NCBI RefSeq assembly: GCF_013812825.1
Contig: NZ_JACCSU010000068.1
Location: 77,845 to 141,844 of the forward strand
DNA length: 64,000 bases
From: Sphingomonas sp.
Lineage (GTDB): Bacteria; Pseudomonadota; Alphaproteobacteria; Sphingomonadales; Sphingomonadaceae
Direction: 5' to 3'
The translations under genes and the position numbers were made by a program. Below, piece by piece: positions 61,157 to 64,000 of the stretch. Each line of letters starts with the position of its first letter. Within the stretch, counting starts at the first letter, position 1. The notes under the pieces were generated by a model. It made no database searches. It was not told where the DNA came from and saw nothing but the letters and a program-made list of their open reading frames with translations.

Positions 61157-62992
61157 TCAGGGACTGTCATCGCGACCGGGGATGTCTTCGGGATTGATCC
61201 CGAGGGCCTTCATTTCCACCAGCTTGTGGACGCTCGGCAGCCGATGGCCCGAGCGTCGGAAACGGGCAATGTCGGCGGGCGTCACCCCGACGGCCTTCAG
61301 CTCCACCAGATCGTCCATCGGCAAGTAGCCGTAGGCAGCCGCGATGCCGCGGATGTAAGCGCCGTTGATCCCCATCGCGCGCGCCTCCACGATCGAGTCC
61401 GCGTTGAGGCGCGGGTAGCCGGACCGCGCGAGGTCGCGAACATAGTCCGGGCTCACACCCAGCGCTTTCAACTCCACGATATCGTCATGATCGAGCCTCA
61501 GATGAGGCGCTGCATTGCGAATCGCCCGGACATATTCGGGAGTCGCCCCGACGGCCTTCATCTCAATGGCCCGGTCGATCGCATCCTGGTGCGGATGAGC
61601 CGCGACGGCGGTTGCCGCGGCCAGTCCCCGCACTGCGCGCGCGTCGGCGAAGGTGACGACCGAGCCGTTCGGGCCAGTCATCACCGTGCGCCGGCGACCA
61701 TTTGCGTCGGGCGGCGAAACCCTGACTGTGGCGCCGCTGGGAGCGCGCAACAGCGTTTCGCCGTTTGCGGTCGTAACGGCAGCTCCATTCGGGTGAGTGA
61801 CGAGCACCGCACCGGCGGCACCGGCGGCGATTGCCGCCGCCGACTCGCTAACCGCGCCGGCGGCGCTTCCCGAAGAAGCATTCGCGGCGAGCCTGCCGGC
61901 AAGCGGCGCCGCCGCTGCGGCCGCCGCCTGACCCGGAACAAAGCGCCCGTGCTCGGCGGCCGTCGCGATGGTCGGGGCGACGACATTGAACGCCGCCACC
62001 GGCACCGCCATGCCGGCCGCGAAGAAGGCCGCCGCGGTGCTCCAGCGCCAGCCGCCCGGAGCCCGCTCGAGCGCTCCATCAAGCACCCGCCGGATCCGCC
62101 GAGCGAGCGAGTTCCTGGCCGGAGCGACCCCGTGCGCGCCGATCAGCAGGCCGCGGCACTCGTGGCGAGCGATCCCGACCAGGAGCTTGGCATATTCGGT
62201 GTCCTCGATGTCGGCGCCGAGCACCGCGTCGTCGGCGGCTTCCTCGCGCAGCTGATGCGCCTCGCGGGCCAGCACCCAGACCAGCGGGTTGAACCAGAAC
62301 ATCGCGGCCGTGACTCGGGACAGCAACAGCTTGGCCCAGTCGAGGCTGGCGACGTGCGCCAGCTCATGGGCGATGATCGCCTCGGCCTCGCGGTGCGACT
62401 GGGCCGCTTCGCCGTTGAGCAGGATCACCGGGCGAATCACGCCCCAGCTGATGGGCGAGGGCAGCTCGTCGCTGGTCAGCAGAGCGGTGCCGTGCTTGAA
62501 TCCCATCCGCCGCTGCGCGCGGGCAAGCGCGGTCAGCCAGTTGGGCTCGACCATCACGGTGGCGCGGCTTTTCAGCCCGATCAGCCGGCCAAGCGCGATC
62601 AGGGTAAGCAGGAGAAGCAGGCCCGCAGGCGCAGCGTAGGCCCAGACAGCCCAGTCGACAGGCGCCGCGGCGAGTGCTGCGCCGCTATCGGCGGGAAAGG
62701 TGCCCGCGGGGGACGCGGCCTCCGATTTCAATGCCGGCGTGGTTGACGCCTGGACAAGGGACTCGACCGGAGTCGCGGCCTCGGCCGCACGCGCGGCGAG
62801 GAATGACGGGCCTTCGACGTTGAGCGCCGGAAGACCGAGCGCCGCGACCGGCAGGAGCAGGATCGCAATCAGGCCGAGATGGGCGATCCAGCTGCGGTCG
62901 GAGGCGGATCGGTGTTGCGCGAGCTTGAGCAGCAGCAGGACGGTGCCGGCGACGAGGAACGACTTGGCGGCGATCGGAATCAGCAGGTCCAT
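61157..62992 (-). CDS. M56 family (BlaR1-like) membrane metallopeptidase with C-terminal helical repeats
   Basis: TM helices, SPISWGV..PVILL, AHELAH (HExxH), WFNPLVW and REEAAD motifs; no penicillin-binding domain. Confidence 0.93.
   Translation of the reverse strand: MDLLIPIAAKSFLVAGTVLLLLKLAQHRSASDRSWIAHLGLIAILLLPVAALGLPALNVEGPSFLAARAAEAATPVESLVQASTTPALKSEAASPAGTFPADSGAALAAAPVDWAVWAYAAPAGLLLLLTLIALGRLIGLKSRATVMVEPNWLTALARAQRRMGFKHGTALLTSDELPSPISWGVIRPVILLNGEAAQSHREAEAIIAHELAHVASLDWAKLLLSRVTAAMFWFNPLVWVLAREAHQLREEAADDAVLGADIEDTEYAKLLVGIARHECRGLLIGAHGVAPARNSLARRIRRVLDGALERAPGGWRWSTAAAFFAAGMAVPVAAFNVVAPTIATAAEHGRFVPGQAAAAAAAPLAGRLAANASSGSAAGAVSESAAAIAAGAAGAVLVTHPNGAAVTTANGETLLRAPSGATVRVSPPDANGRRRTVMTGPNGSVVTFADARAVRGLAAATAVAAHPHQDAIDRAIEMKAVGATPEYVRAIRNAAPHLRLDHDDIVELKALGVSPDYVRDLARSGYPRLNADSIVEARAMGINGAYIRGIAAAYGYLPMDDLVELKAVGVTPADIARFRRSGHRLPSVHKLVEMKALGINPEDIPGRDDSP
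61160..61585 (-). repeat. Five ~29-aa helical protein repeats
   Basis: AIEMKAVGATPEYV / IVELKALGVSPDYV / IVEARAMGINGAYI / LVELKAVGVTPADI / LVEMKALGINPEDI. Confidence 0.85.
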
Positions 62993-63372
62993 CAGCGTTC
63001 TCCCTTCGCGGCGCGGGCCCGCGCGATCATATCCTCGAGCCGCTGGAGCTCATCGACGTCGAGTCGGTCGGACATTCCAAGCAAGGCGGTGGCGGCGCCG
63101 GCGGTCGAGCCGTTGAAGAACACCCTGACGACTTCACTCAGCGCCGACTTGCGGGCGACGCTGTCGGCGACCGCCGGAGTGTAGAGAAAGCCGCGATCCG
63201 AATCCTCGCGCCGGACATAGCCCTTGCGCTCGAGCCGCTGGAGCATTGCCCGAACAGCAGAGCCGCTGAGGCGGTCGGGAAGCGCTTCGCAGATGTCGGC
63301 GACGGCCAGTGAGCCACGCTCGTAGAGCAGATCGACGATCTGGCGTTCCCGCGGCGGCAGTTTGCTGAGCAT
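62992..63372 (-). CDS. BlaI/MecI/CopY family repressor
   Basis: LPPRERQIVDLLY...AVRAMLQRLERKGYV...FLY...VVRVFFNGS; coupled to the M56 gene by a TGATG overlap. Confidence 0.95.
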   Translation of the reverse strand: MLSKLPPRERQIVDLLYERGSLAVADICEALPDRLSGSAVRAMLQRLERKGYVRREDSDRGFLYTPAVADSVARKSALSEVVRVFFNGSTAGAATALLGMSDRLDVDELQRLEDMIARARAAKGER

Positions 63373-63389
63373 TGGAGCCCCTCCCTCGC

Positions 63390-63416
63390 TACATATGTAA
63401 CGCTGCTACAAATGTA
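63390..63416. promoter_or_regulatory. Tandem BlaI/CopY operators TACAnnTGTA
   Basis: TACATATGTA (63390-63399) and TACAAATGTA (63407-63416; extends to GCTACAAATGTAGC), directly upstream of the blaI-like RBS. Confidence 0.9.
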
Positions 63417-63519
63417 GCGCCATTGCAAGTCCCTTTTTCGACCAATCGACGAACGGATGGAAATTGGCTCGTTCGAGCGCCGCTCTTGCCCGTCCGCCGC
63501 GCCTTGCTACTGCTGCTCA

Positions 63520-64000
63520 ATGCCCGCCCCCCTCGACGCCGTCGCCCTCGCCTGCCAGCTGATCAACTGCCCAAGCGTCACACCGGCGCGCGGCCAGGTG
63601 TTCGACGCCCTCGAGGCCGCGCTTCGGCCGCTTGGTTTCGAGATCCACCGATTTATCGAAGGTGAACCGCCCGACGGGCCGGTCGAGAATCTGGTCGCGA
63701 TTCGCGGCGAGGGAGCACCGCACTTCGGCTTTGCTGGGCATCTCGACGTAGTGCCGCCAGGGGACGGCTGGTTGAGCGACCCGTTCGAGGCGCAGGTCGC
63801 CGATGGAATCCTGACTGGCCGCGGCGCCAACGACATGAAAAGCGCGATCGCCGCATTCGTCGCCGCGCTGTCGCGCGTCCAGCAGCAACGCGGCACCTGC
63901 TCGCTGCTGATCACCGGCGACGAGGAAGGGCCCTCGGTCCACGGCACCCCGGCGATCATCCGCTGGCTCAAGGACCGCTCGATCCGGCCGGACATGATCC
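63520..64000 (+). CDS. dapE: Succinyl-diaminopimelate desuccinylase (partial; runs off the window end)
   Basis: Read manually from ATG 63520: LINCPSVTP...FGFAGHLDVVPPG...GRGANDMKSAIAAF...LITGDEEG..HGT. Confidence 0.92.
   Translation, partial: MPAPLDAVALACQLINCPSVTPARGQVFDALEAALRPLGFEIHRFIEGEPPDGPVENLVAIRGEGAPHFGFAGHLDVVPPGDGWLSDPFEAQVADGILTGRGANDMKSAIAAFVAALSRVQQQRGTCSLLITGDEEGPSVHGTPAIIRWLKDRSIRPDMI

Overview
High-GC alphaproteobacterial chromosome segment, most consistent with Sphingomonas/Sphingomonadaceae (inferred from gene order and protein style). It is mostly core housekeeping DNA: pyrG-secG-tpiA, ppiD-like chaperone, lexA (with an alphaproteobacterial SOS box), comEC, gltX-gltA, the complete nuoA-N complex I operon followed by birA-coaX-rnj, suhB, efp, peptidoglycan enzymes, thiE, tkt-gap-pgk-fba, zapA-6S RNA-ygfA, tRNA-Asp, tRNA-Leu, comM, rpmH-rnpA-yidD-yidC-engB, a TonB-dependent receptor, a BlaI/BlaR1(M56)-type pair and the start of dapE. 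I found no CRISPR array, integrase or transposase. The most notable observations: (1) the rnpA frame appears to start 7 nt upstream of rpmH and overlap it completely, as in Thermus; (2) four tiny membrane ORFs plus a secreted two-repeat protein are translationally coupled inside the nuo operon; (3) the BlaI/M56 system has two perfect TACAnnTGTA operators, an atypical helical-repeat sensor domain and a truncated-looking secreted partner; (4) a His-less pseudokinase, a DUF2336-like protein and a TipN/GPR-like coiled-coil protein form a possible polarity cluster; (5) the trpE-G-D-C/moaC-moeA block that usually lies between ppiD and lexA is absent; (6) a small Crp/Fnr + DUF6894-like + NepR-like module sits beside tRNA-Leu. 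All family assignments come from motif recognition by eye; no database searches were run.
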